From Camelus dromedarius (taxonomy: Eukaryota): DNA of 64,000 nt. The stretch covers positions 41,976,001 to 42,040,000 of the forward strand of contig NC_087436.1 of the NCBI RefSeq assembly GCF_036321535.1. Direction: 5' to 3'. Both the position numbers and the translations under genes were made by a program. Under the pieces are notes generated by a model. That model ran no database searches. It was not told where the DNA came from and worked only from the letters and a program-made list of their open reading frames with translations. Below are positions 28,752 through 39,777 of this stretch, piece after piece (position 1 is the stretch's first letter; each line of letters starts with the position of its first letter).

Positions 28752-30352
28752 CATTTGTTTTCCATTTTCAACCTGGGTTGATAGTGTAGGTAGTGTAGCT
28801 TTAAGAATATGTTGAAATTTTAACTCTACAACCTATTACCAAAGAGTGAAAATGTTCCTTTTTGGGTTTGTTTCAGTCTTTAATTAACTGTTAATTATAT
28901 GGATGGCCAAGAATAGCAGAGTCTCAAAACTGATTATTTGAAAATTTCTTTAATACATGTGTGGCCTACAGTAATTAGTAAAGGGAATAGTACATGTAAT
29001 ACCTATCAGTCCACTTGGAATTGTATGTATTTAATATTATTGCTATTCATATTTTATATCTTGTTCCTTATTTAAAAACAATCTCCAGAAGTCACCAAAA
29101 TGGTGCACATTCTTTTTGTCCAATATCTCAGAATTATCAACATAGTTATTCTAAAATTTTCTTTTAACATTCATCTATTGCTAGCATCTATGTAACAAAG
29201 CAGTTGGATAAATATTGTCAAAAGTAGGTTTGAAATACACAGACATTTCTTTTTTTAATATGTATTTGTATGATCTTTAAGCAATCTGGTATCACATGCA
29301 CATAAAGTAAACATGTATGTATCACTGATACTAAAATTTTCTTGTTAGATGAGATTACTAATGAAAGTAATGGCAATAACTTATACAACTCTAGAATGAT
29401 TAAACAATAAAATTCTGTGAAATTTCCTGTTTTTACACTTTGGTTATCACCCTACCGTTTCATATTCCTTTATATTTTAGATAATTATTAATGTGTTAGT
29501 TGATGAGAGGAAAAATAGATGAGAAGTATGTGATTTGCATAGCAATAAAAACTTATTTCATCTGAGTGAGAAATAGGAATTGTTAAAAGTATTCCTACTC
29601 AGATATAATTCGTATGGAAATGTATAACTTTTTTGTGAATTAGAGGATCTTTTATACTTCCCTCATACTTCTAAATATGCATTAATCAAAGGTTAAATAT
29701 TTTTATACTTACACCACTAATATTATGAAATACACAGGACATCAGGACTAACTTTTTTTAAAACATGAATATAATAGGAATTATGATGCCAATCCCAAAG
29801 AAACCCTAAACTAAACCTTGAAGAATCTTATTTTATTCCATTAGTACCTGTCTTTGATATCTGTAACTTAAGTGAAAATTCCTCTAGGTGTCAATAATCT
29901 AGAGATTTCCAGCTCCTGGAGAGTTAAGATAGAAACCAAAGTTCAGATCGCAAGTGTTTCGAGTTTGAAGATAGTGCTTGTGCTGCCTTTTCTTTATTTC
30001 TTTTTTGTGTTTCTTTATAATAAAACAATGCATATTTCAGGTTTCTGTTCTGGCTTGTGAAGAGTTTGGAAGTCACCACTCCATCCTAACAACAAAAACT
30101 GAACAAACTGAAAAATCCACAACTCTTCTTAGGTCAGAGAAGTGAGGTCACAGGGCAAACTGCTACACCCAAAATCATGACTTAATGGAACAGAAACCAC
30201 CAGTCTAACCAGTGGCCAGGTATTAAAACCTGATCTATAATTTATAAGCTGCTGGAGGCTCAGTCGGGACGAGTCTGAGAATCCAACAGGGGGACCCAGT
30301 GTTAGGGGAGTCCCTACACTTTTATGAGTTTTACATTCAGAAGCTCATCCAG

Positions 30353-30565
30353 GAAACTTATTACAAAATAAGCCACAGGGATGTAACATACAGCATGAGG
30401 AAGACGGTTAATAAACTGTAATAACCTTGTATGGGGACAAATGGTTACTAGACTTAGCATGGTGATCATTTCATAATGTATGCAAAAGTCAAATCACTAT
30501 ATACTACACCTAGAACTAACATAACATTGAACATCAACTACATTTCAGTAATGATTTTGTTTTTA
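30353..30565 (+). mobile_element. Nested L1 3'UTR fragment (laurasiatherian type)
   Basis: aaaataagccacagggatgtaacatacagcat...ggtgatcatttcataatgtatgcaaaagtcaaatcactatatactacacctagaactaac. The host L1 resumes at agtgaatatctgagaaaac. Confidence 0.8.
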
Positions 30566-31692
30566 AAGAGTGAATATCTGAGAAAACTCCTCTTGCGCTT
30601 CCAGCAGGGGGAAGGATAAAGGACATTTTGAAATACCCCATAGCACTCCGTTTTTCTTAACAAGGTCTTTCCACAGGAGAAACTGTTTAGCCAAAGCCTA
30701 ACTGACCTGGGAAAATAAAAATGCCCAGCTCCAGGCCCTCTAGCCATTCTGTCCTACCTGAGTGACAAAGGTGACTGAGAAGCCCTTGAGAAAATCACTG
30801 TCTAAGGCATAGGCTCACCATAAGAGTGAGACCTAATCGTAGGACTGTAGAGTCCTTTACTTCTGCCCACACCTCACAATCACATCAATAAAGGCCTATT
30901 TACAGTGACTTTTTATCCAGTACATCATGTCAGGCTATCAAGATAAAAATTAAAGGCATATTAAAGGATAAAAAAAAAAACACAGTTTGAAAAGACAAAG
31001 CAAGCATCAGAACTAAACTCAGATAAGACAGAGATGTTGGAATTCACAGACCAAGATTTTTAGCACAATTATGATTATTAATATAAGGGCTCTGATAGAG
31101 AAGGTATACAGCATGCAAGAAGAGACGGGCAATGTAAACAGAGAGATGGAAGTTCAAAGAACCAAAAGAGAAATGCTAGAGATCAAAAACACTAACAGAA
31201 TGCTCTTATTTGTAATCTGGATATGGCTGAAGAAGAATCTCTGAGGCTGATGGATATCACAATTAAAAAAAACTCCAAACCTAAAAAACAATGAGAAAAA
31301 AAGACCAGGGAAAAAAGAAAAAAAACAGGATATCCAAGAACTGAGACAACTAATAAAAGTATAATATACATGTAATAGGAATATGAGAAGGAGAAGGAAG
31401 AGAAAAAGGAAAGAAATAGTTAAAGCGATAATGAATGAGAATTTCTGCAAATTGGACATCAGACACCAAACCATAGAACCAGGAATCTGAGAAAACACCA
31501 TGTAAGATAAATGCCAGAAAACAAAAAACAAAAAACTACACTGAAGCATGTCATGTTAAAAATCAAAGATAAGGGAAAAATCCTGAAAGAATCCAGAGGG
31601 AAAAAGACACCTTATCTATACAGAAGCAAAAATAAGAATTACATCCAACTTCTCCATAGAAACCATGCAAACAAGAAGAGAATAAAGTGAAA

Positions 31693-32000
31693 CAGACCCA
31701 TAGATACAGATAACAAACTGGTGGTTGCCAGGGAGAACTAGGGAGTGAAGAATGGATAAAATAGGGGAAGTGATTAAGTTCATAAGCTTTCAATTATGAA
31801 ATAAATAAGTCATGGAGATGTATTATACAGAATAGGGAATGTAGTCAACAGTATTATAACAACTTTGTAGAGTGACAATGGTAACTAGATTTATCATGAT
31901 GATCACTTTGTAATATTTATAAATATAAGATCACTATGTTGTACACCTGTAAATAACATAATGTTTTAGGTCAATTATACTTTGATAAGTAGAAAAAGAT
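31693..32000 (+). mobile_element. Nested 5'-truncated L1 3' end with TSD
   Basis: cagacccatagatacagataacaaactggtggttgccag...tcactatgttgtacacctgtaaataac. TSD agaagagaataaagtgaaa (31674-31692) vs agaagagaatagagtaaaa (32001-32019) matches at 17/19. Confidence 0.9.
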
Positions 32001-33029
32001 AGAAGAGAATAGAGTAAAATATTTCAAGTGTTGAGAGAAAAAAATCCACCAACCTAGAACTCTATACCCTGTGAAACGATCCTTCAAAGTGAAGATGAAA
32101 TGAAGACTTTCTCAGACAAAAATTGAGGGAATTTATTGCCAGTTGACCTGCCTGCAAGAAAAATGCACAAAATCAGCTAAACAGAGGAATATGTTAATCC
32201 TCACCTAAAAGACTATCATGATTGAAAAATCGCACTAGTCAATGTCTTTGTTCTCAGTTTTATTTCAAAAGAAATACAGGTAAATGATCTCAAAGACTGG
32301 ATCATGACTGACCACACCACAGAGACAGACTTTCATAGTTGTCATTGGTTAAATGGTATCAAAGCTTCTATGTCTCTGAATTTTATACCATTATTCCATG
32401 AATATGAGTATATGAAGTATGTTTATATTGTTCAATTATTCTTTTATAACAGAATCACATTTATCTATTGCTTTGTGAGATTAAACACAAGATTCTGGAT
32501 TCCTCATACAAATTTGTTAGGTAGATTTAATCCTTTTGAAAATGCAGAAGCAGATACAGACATGATCTCAGCACTCACAATCCCTTTTTAGGCCTTCTCA
32601 TCTCTCTAGCATACCCATTTCTGTCTCTCTTCATACGTGCACTCTCTAATAACTAATGAATTAGCTGTGAGGGCATAATATATGTGAAATGCATTTATCT
32701 GTGTTATAAAAACTTAAGTAGTGTGGCTATGAAATAGAGATATTTTGGGTGGTGAAATATACTGGTTACTCAGGCCTCATTCTTTTACAAAAGGAGGATA
32801 GCACTTTATGACTCTTGAAGAAAGTAGAGCAATTCACACAACTAGATACCAAAGCTTATTATAAAAATATATGTACCTTTCTGTGTGTTTTACTTCAAAG
32901 CACAGAATGTCAAAAAAAGTATCAGGGTAGAAAAATTTAAGTAGGCTAATAGTACAAAGTTAATTAGTCACACTGTATCTAACTATAAAGGATGTATATG
33001 GTGTTCATGATCAACTCATAAATTCAATA

Positions 33030-34520
33030 AGTTAATATTAATTGAGTGATTATAAATATAAATATAAATATGCTGGGCAATTTATAAAACTCAATTCTAC
33101 CTTAAGGAGCTTCTAACTTAATAGGGAAAAATGTTAGTTTACCCCAGGTAAAATTGCCTGTACTCAACTATTTTTGGCCTACAAAATGGCAGTTTCATGT
33201 GATTCACCTAATATAACAAAAATCTCAAACGGTATGTGTGGTACAGGCAGTAGGAGAAGGATGGAGTACTACAATTATTCAGGAGGTGAGCTTGAAGAAG
33301 GAATAGAATTTCCACAAGTAAAGTTGGAAAGGAGAGCATACAGACAAGAGTATATACAAAGGTACAGGGAAATAAATGTTCTGTTTGTGGAATGGCAATG
33401 GGATGCGGTTATATCAGTCCAGACGTGAGACTGCAGGTTGGGATTATATCCTAAAGGGTCTCAAATTGTGTTGAAGTAGCTTCAACTTTAATTGACAGGT
33501 ACTGAAAGCAGTGAACATTTCTGAGGAGGAAGACAGAGATATGCTTGATGGTGAATAATGTAGTGGTTGATGCTGAATAAATTATGGGGGCAAAGATGGA
33601 AGTTGAGACCTATGAGGAGATTCTTGCAATAAAGCTAAGGAGACATTAAAAAGACTCTAAATTAGAATGATGGAAATGTAAATGGAAAGGAAAAAACCAG
33701 CAAGAGAAGTGCCATGGTAGATGTCATGGTCAAATAACATAAAGGTCCTAAACTGATAGAAATGGTGAAGAGAAGTTGGTTTGAAGAGAAAAATAAGGAG
33801 TTGAGAAGACTGAGAAGTCTACATCTCAGATTGCAAATGTGGCACCAAATTTTTTCAGTCTTGAAGGTATTTCTGATTCCTTTACATTAAGACAATAATC
33901 GAAGACAAGACCTTTTATAATTTGAGAGAGGCTATTGCATAGAAAGAGAAAAGGAAAAAAATGTATGCAGAACTCAGAGAACTTTTCAAGGGGAGAGGAA
34001 GAATCAATAAAAGAGAACAAGACTGACCTGAGTTCGTTATCATGATGGAAGATGAGCATTGCAAAGACAAAGGAAAAGTCAACATTGTCAAGAGGGGTGG
34101 CATGTCAAATGGGACAGACCTCTAGATACGAGGTGAAGACCTCTAGATTTGGCAACAAGAAAGTCATTAGTGACTTTCAAACGAGGTAGTTTCTGGTATG
34201 AAGGTTAAAACCAAAGCCAAATATAAAGGTACTAATGAGTCAGTGCCTAGGGGCAAAAATGAAAGAATTTGAAGAATTCAGTCAGGGCAAGGGAGGGAAG
34301 TTTGCATAGCAGCTCCAGGGTATAAGTAAATTGAAGGCTATTTTAAAATAAAAAGACTAGATGATGGTAGGCAAAGTGATAGTGGGGAGTAGATAGAATA
34401 AATTTGCAAGAGTATATCTTAGAATAGGAGGAGGGAGTGGGTAATTAACAGGAAGAATGCCCTGAGGACAGAGGAGAGTATCACCAAGAGCGCAAGGGAT
34501 TAACTTTGGGTGGACCGGCC
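33030..34520 (-). mobile_element. Long diverged L2 LINE region
   Basis: Reverse L2 tail near 33030, then motifs such as ctaccttaaggagcttctaact and agatttggcaacaagaaagtcattagtgactttc. Confidence 0.65.
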
Positions 34521-34994
34521 TAGTCCGAGCTGTTCTGAGGAGGCAGGAGGAGTGAAAAGGAGAATACAGAAATTGACACTACTGTACTTCAATTAAGTAA
34601 TTAATTAATTAAAAGGTTCTCATGCCAAAAAAAAAAAAAGGAAGTTAAAGTTGTTTGAAGATACTAAGAAAGAAGTTGCAGGAATCCTTAACTATCTCTT
34701 AGCACTGCTTCTTATACTGAGATAGGAATAATAGCTGTTATTCTTGTTGGGGAAAAGCTTCTGCATTGTAGTCAACCTCTATAATTTTAGTGAAAACATA
34801 TAGGTGGTGATGACTCTTGAGGAAAAGGTGTTTCCAGGGCTTCTCCCAGCGCATTTCCCGTAATGAGTCATTGTCTCATTACTTGTGAGGTGAACCTATA
34901 GGCAAGGCTTTGTGTGTTAATGAAGTTTTATCAGAATGCCCCTGACTTCCTGCTTTATTTACTTAAAGTTCCTCTAACATTTACTTTATATTCT

Positions 34995-35596
34995 TGCGGT
35001 AAAAGGGAAATAAGAATTACCTCGGTTCTTAGTCACCTGAAAAAAAAAGAATTTTTAACAAGAGACAGAAGGCGTGATATAAGCAAGATTTTCATTAGTA
35101 AAGTATAAAGGTAGTAAAAGATAGTACACTCCAGAGAACTGGGAGCAGACCAATCCAAGAGAGGAAAAATGGCCCTGCTCCTTTGTTTTTCCATCTTATA
35201 TCCTGGCTTAGGGGCGTTTTTGTGATTGATTGATTGATTGATTGATTGATTAAGGGCTCAGGTTCTTTGAGTGATCAGGCTGATTGACAGCTCAGGTTCC
35301 TCTGGCACGCCCATCCCCTTTTGGGCAAGTTCTTCAGAGAAACCCATGGGAGGGCGCTAAAACTGTAATGTTAATTATATTATAATAAGCATTGGATCAA
35401 GTTACTCCAGGTCCTTCTGTTATGCGCAGCTGCAGAGTTTTGATTTTAGCTGGCTTCTTTTGCTGGCCCTCATTTAGAGAAAGTAAAAGTTTCTAGAGTC
35501 CGTTATCCTGAATGCAGACATACTGTTATTTTCTAGGTTGTTCCTTTCCCCTTCCCCTCCCTTGCCCAGTGCTCATTTCTATCTAACTGCCTAACA
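34995..35596 (-). mobile_element. ERV1-class solo LTR (602 bp)
   Basis: The minus strand begins tgttaggcagttagatag and ends ttttaccgca (TG...CA). The 4-bp TSD ttct/ctct matches at 3/4. The minus strand has (AATC)n CCAAT-like repeats, a TATA-like gatataag near 35200 and a polyA-like aatgaaa near 35095, in U3-R-U5 order. Confidence 0.8.
35223..35251. repeat. (GATT)7 microsatellite inside the LTR
   Basis: Perfect GATT array. Confidence 0.93.
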
Positions 35597-35899
35597 CTCT
35601 GACTTGTGATCTTCCCAGTCCACTGTATTAGATTTGTAAATATTCTGACCCCCAAACTATAGCTTGGAAAATGGTGCAAATGTAGGCTCCCAAAAAAGGC
35701 ATATCAAGAGACTTTAGAAAGAAGGCAGAATTTCTATTTTTAATGATTCAGAATTCATATATTTGCTTTACAGTAATTAAAGGAACTATCAGTGGATAAA
35801 CAGCAAATGATTTGGGGTGATATACAGCACTGGAGTTTCCAAAGAACAGCTTGAGAAAGGTACCAAGATTCTTAAGATCCACCTCTGTCATCGTTGTAC

Positions 35900-36130
35900 T
35901 TTCACTGTATGTTCAAAAACACAGTTTTGTGTTCACTATGAACCAAGTACTCTTCTCACAACTACCTTATGATGTGGGTATCATATCCCCAGTTTGCAGA
36001 TGTAGTGACTGAGGTTCTAAGAAGAAAAATAAATTCCCCAAGGTCAACAGCTAGAAAATGATGAAGTCAGAAGTTATATATGAAAGCATCTGATATCAAG
36101 TTCTGTGCATTTTTCTCATCCAAGTCTACC
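35900..36130 (-). mobile_element. MIR SINE
   Basis: ttctcacaactaccttatgatgtgggt...cagtttgcagatgtagtgactgaggttct...cccaaggtcaacagctag. Confidence 0.8.
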
Positions 36131-37239
36131 TCCCTGGAAGTTGCAGCTGTTCCATTTGGAGACAGCACAGAACATTTTTTAAAAGAAGTTTATAATTGAT
36201 GCTTGCTTTGACATTTTCTAAAGGTCTTTGTAAACCTCTGTGAGGATTATCAGTTTTGCTGCACCTCTCTTGAGTTTTGTGCTTTGTTCCTAGTATGGCT
36301 TAACTTCAAATACTTTATTACCTAATGTGAACACCAGTTTTATTATCTCTACCAGATATCACATTCAGCATAGGGTTTACGAGCATGTGCTTCTTATTTC
36401 TTGACTTAGTATATTCTTCAAGATTATCTTCAGCCTACTCCCTTCTTCGACTTCTTAATACTTGATAAGCAATAACCAGTGATATAATCTGTGTATTCAT
36501 CACCTGTCTAAAATGAATGGGATCAAAATCCATGTAATATAAAATGTACTAAAACGAGCCACTTATAAATAAATTGCAAAGGCAATCTGAAGAAATACCC
36601 CCATTTTCCAAAGAAAGGACTGCAAATTGAAGTATTCAATTTTGTGGCAAAGAGGGTAGCTCTTCTTTTGCTCAAACACAAGTGCTTTTTTGAGATATAA
36701 AAATCTATGAAAGTTGGTTTGAAAATGTAGATGTGCATATTTTATATCATGAAGAAAGTTATTTAAGAAAGTATGATAATATCCAGCATACCTAAATGTT
36801 AAGTGTGAGGACAGGACAGCTCAGCAGAGATGTGTGTATGAGAACCTGGAGGTGAAAATGACATTCAAAAAAAGAAAAAAGAAAGAAAGAAAAGAAATAA
36901 ACTAAAGGAAACTAAATCTAAAATAGAATTAAATTAGTGGTTTTGATCCCCCAAAGTATCAAAAACGTAGAATGAGAAAAAAAAATCAGAATGAATATGA
37001 GATGTAAGATCCAATAGCTACACTGTCATGAGCTCTTCAAAAGACACAGTGACTGACTGACTGGTTTTCTTAGGGCCAAAGTCAAGGGCTACTCACTGAT
37101 CAGGAAAGTAGTAACAAGGCCAACAACATTAAAGATGGTTAAAGAGGAAATTTTTATCAGATGTAAAAAGAAAATTATAGATTAGACAAAAAAAGAAAAA
37201 AAGATACGTTGCACATAGAAAACTGTTTAAGCAGATTTG

Positions 37240-37400
37240 AGAGTCGTAAACTTTCTGTGTTTTAACCCCGATTTGTGTTCTTGTGAGTAGGTTATGTAAG
37301 CTCTCTGGGTTTAGCTTCTTCGTCAGTTAAGTGAACACTAAAAGGCTGTTGCAAAGACTAGAGTGTGAGTGCTACTAAGTACCAGTGATTAGACATTTTT
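37240..37400 (+). mobile_element. MIR fragment
   Basis: gtaggttatgtaagctctctgggtttagcttcttcgtcagttaagtga. Confidence 0.5.
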
Positions 37401-39421
37401 AAGCCTCATTTATCCTCTGAATCAGTGACTAGGCAAATAAATGCTTTTAAGCTTGAGCCTTAGTGAATGGGTAGCTTGAAACTGAACTGATTCTACTTCT
37501 CAGGTGTATTATTTCTCCCTGGAATTTCCATCACTTGTAGGAGAGTGTTGTTACATTCAAGATGCGTGCTAGCAGTCATGAATCCGGGAAAGAGCAGCAG
37601 TATCAATATGCAAGCTTCAATAGAAGGCTTACTAGGACCCAGACAACCAATCATATGAGAAGAATCTACCTCCCTTTTTACTATAATGAAGGCAATCAAG
37701 GAAATCTGAGATTACCTAGTGACAGCAAGTAGAAAATCCCTGACTAAAACATCAGTGTCCCTTGCTCACCTGCCGTCCAAAAGATGAAAAGTTAAATTGC
37801 ATGGAGAAAATGTCATTATTTTACTAAATGAATTGAATGTACTCCAGGTGAGAAAAGAAAGATATTATCTAACATTTCAGGGATTTTAAATGCCAGGTTA
37901 CCTTTAGCTAAGTAGTTTGGGATTTCATCGAATAATTATTAAGTAGATCTACACATGGATGCCTGTTTATTTTTGTGCCAACAAACAGATGGGAGATGCT
38001 TGTAAGTCTTAATCACAGAGGCTCGTCTGAATAGCTGCAGCTGAATGTCAATTTACCCTTAATCTAAAACTCAGCACTAAACCTTGCAGGTGTGTGTCCA
38101 GGCAGACATTTCCCTAAACAATTCTCACTTAAGCACAGAAATCTTTCTTGTTCAGGTTTGAAATCTTCTCCTGCATGATCCTTAAAACAATCCAGATTCC
38201 GCTGTCACAATATTTTCTAATTTCTGTTTATCTAGTTTCTTTATGTACGTTAAAAATCAGACTTAATTTTTGAAGTAAACTAATATTTACAGCAATCAAA
38301 GAGCTTGCTGCTGCTCATTAAGGAATACCAAGTTAGACCCAGATATTCTGAAGAGCCTTTATTCATAAATAACCTGGTTTCCCCTATAGAAACTGATTTT
38401 GAATTCAGATTCTTTGAGAAAAAAACTTCAGCACGTTTAGGAATACTTGGTTTCACATTCGCCTCGTCGCTGTGCCGTCATTTTCTGAGTGTAATTCACA
38501 ATGGATTCATTGCTATTATGCACCTCTTAAAAAGCAACTATGTAGAGCTATCTGATAGATGATACCACATACTCACAAAAACGGGTGACTTTTTCTTATC
38601 TTTTCTGGTTTTCTCAGTCCTTCTGTGAGTTCCTTTATTTGCAAGGGGTTCATAAATCTAAGCCATCTGTACTCCTATAAAAATATTTAAAACTTGTTTG
38701 TTATTTGCCAACAAGCAGGCAGGAGATAAGGAGAGGTGGAAACCCAGAGCCAGGTAAGCTGCTGGATTTCGTTCACTCATCCCATTTTCTTCTCGAATAA
38801 AGCAGTAGATGGTATCTAAGAGTAAGAGAAATCAATTTTTCCCACCAAAAATGATTAGCTCTACCAAAAGAGGCATGCTAATGAGCAAAACCATAAACTG
38901 TAAACATAAAAATTTAAGAGGTTTGTAATACTTGACAAATTAGGCAATACTCCATAGTGCACAACCTGCTCCACTGTTTAGGTCCACAACCTGATCACTT
39001 ATGTCACAAATATTTATTTCTCTTTACCAAGAATTGGCCATGTAAAATCTTCACACATCGTGGAGAGTTACTTGCAGGAAAACAGTAAACAGCTACAAGA
39101 AAGTGTTTTCTGTGTCCATCTAAAGAGTTCCTCAATCCATCTGGGGACCTGCCTCTATGTTCTGAAGAATTTGATGTACATGCAGTTCCTTGTTTGATTC
39201 CAAGAATGCAATAGGAGAGCTGCAGAGACTGATACTTCTCTATTACGTAAGACAGTGAAACAAGCCCCCATATGCCACCCATCCCTTCACTTATCACCCT
39301 ATAAATATCTTTCTCAATGCTGATTGACTCAATGATCTCCGTCTTCCCGTAAGCTTTCCTGGACTATATCTCACTGCTCCTCTGGATAAATCCTCTACTA
39401 CTGCTAAGATGGCATGCTCAC

Positions 39422-39777
39422 TGTGTTAGTTTGCTAAGGCTGTCATAACAAAATACCACAGTTGAGGTGGTTTAAACAGAAATTATTTTCTCAAGTTCTG
39501 CAGACTAGAAGTCCATGCTCTTCCCTCCTTGGCTTGCAGATGGCCACTGTCATGCTGTGCCCTCGCATGGTGCTTGCTCTATGTTCATGCATCCTTGGTA
39601 TCACCTTCTTCTTATAATAACACCAGTTCGATAGGATTAGGGCCCATCCTAAGGGCCACATTTTAACGTAATCACATTTTTTAAAGGCTCTATCTCCAAT
39701 TACAGCCACATTCTTGAGGGACTGGGATTTAGGGCTTCAGCATATGAATTTTAGGGGGGCACAATCAGCTTGTAAAA
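39422..39777 (-). mobile_element. MLT1A-like MaLR solo LTR, inserted into an L2 fragment
   Basis: tgtgttagtttgctaaggctgtcataacaaaataccacag ... cagcatatgaatttttaggggggcacaatcag. The 5-bp TSD ctcac/cttac matches at 4/5. Flanks (about 39230-39420 and 39780-40200) are L2-like. Confidence 0.9.

Larger units (their letters stand above)
30035..32160 (+). mobile_element. Old L1 (L1M-class) 5'UTR plus decayed ORF1, interrupted by two younger L1 3' ends
   Basis: 5'UTR-like ggaagtcaccactccatcctaacaac...gtgaggtcacagggcaaactgct. A-rich ORF1 remnants include gagaatttctgcaaattg, aataagaattacatccaacttctcc and aacctagaactctataccctgtgaaacgatccttcaaagtgaag. Confidence 0.85.

Noticed and set aside
31154..31793. 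Hydrophobic minus-strand ORFs (131 aa and 76 aa)
   Set aside because: Antisense reading of A-rich L1 sequence yields spurious F/L-rich ORFs.
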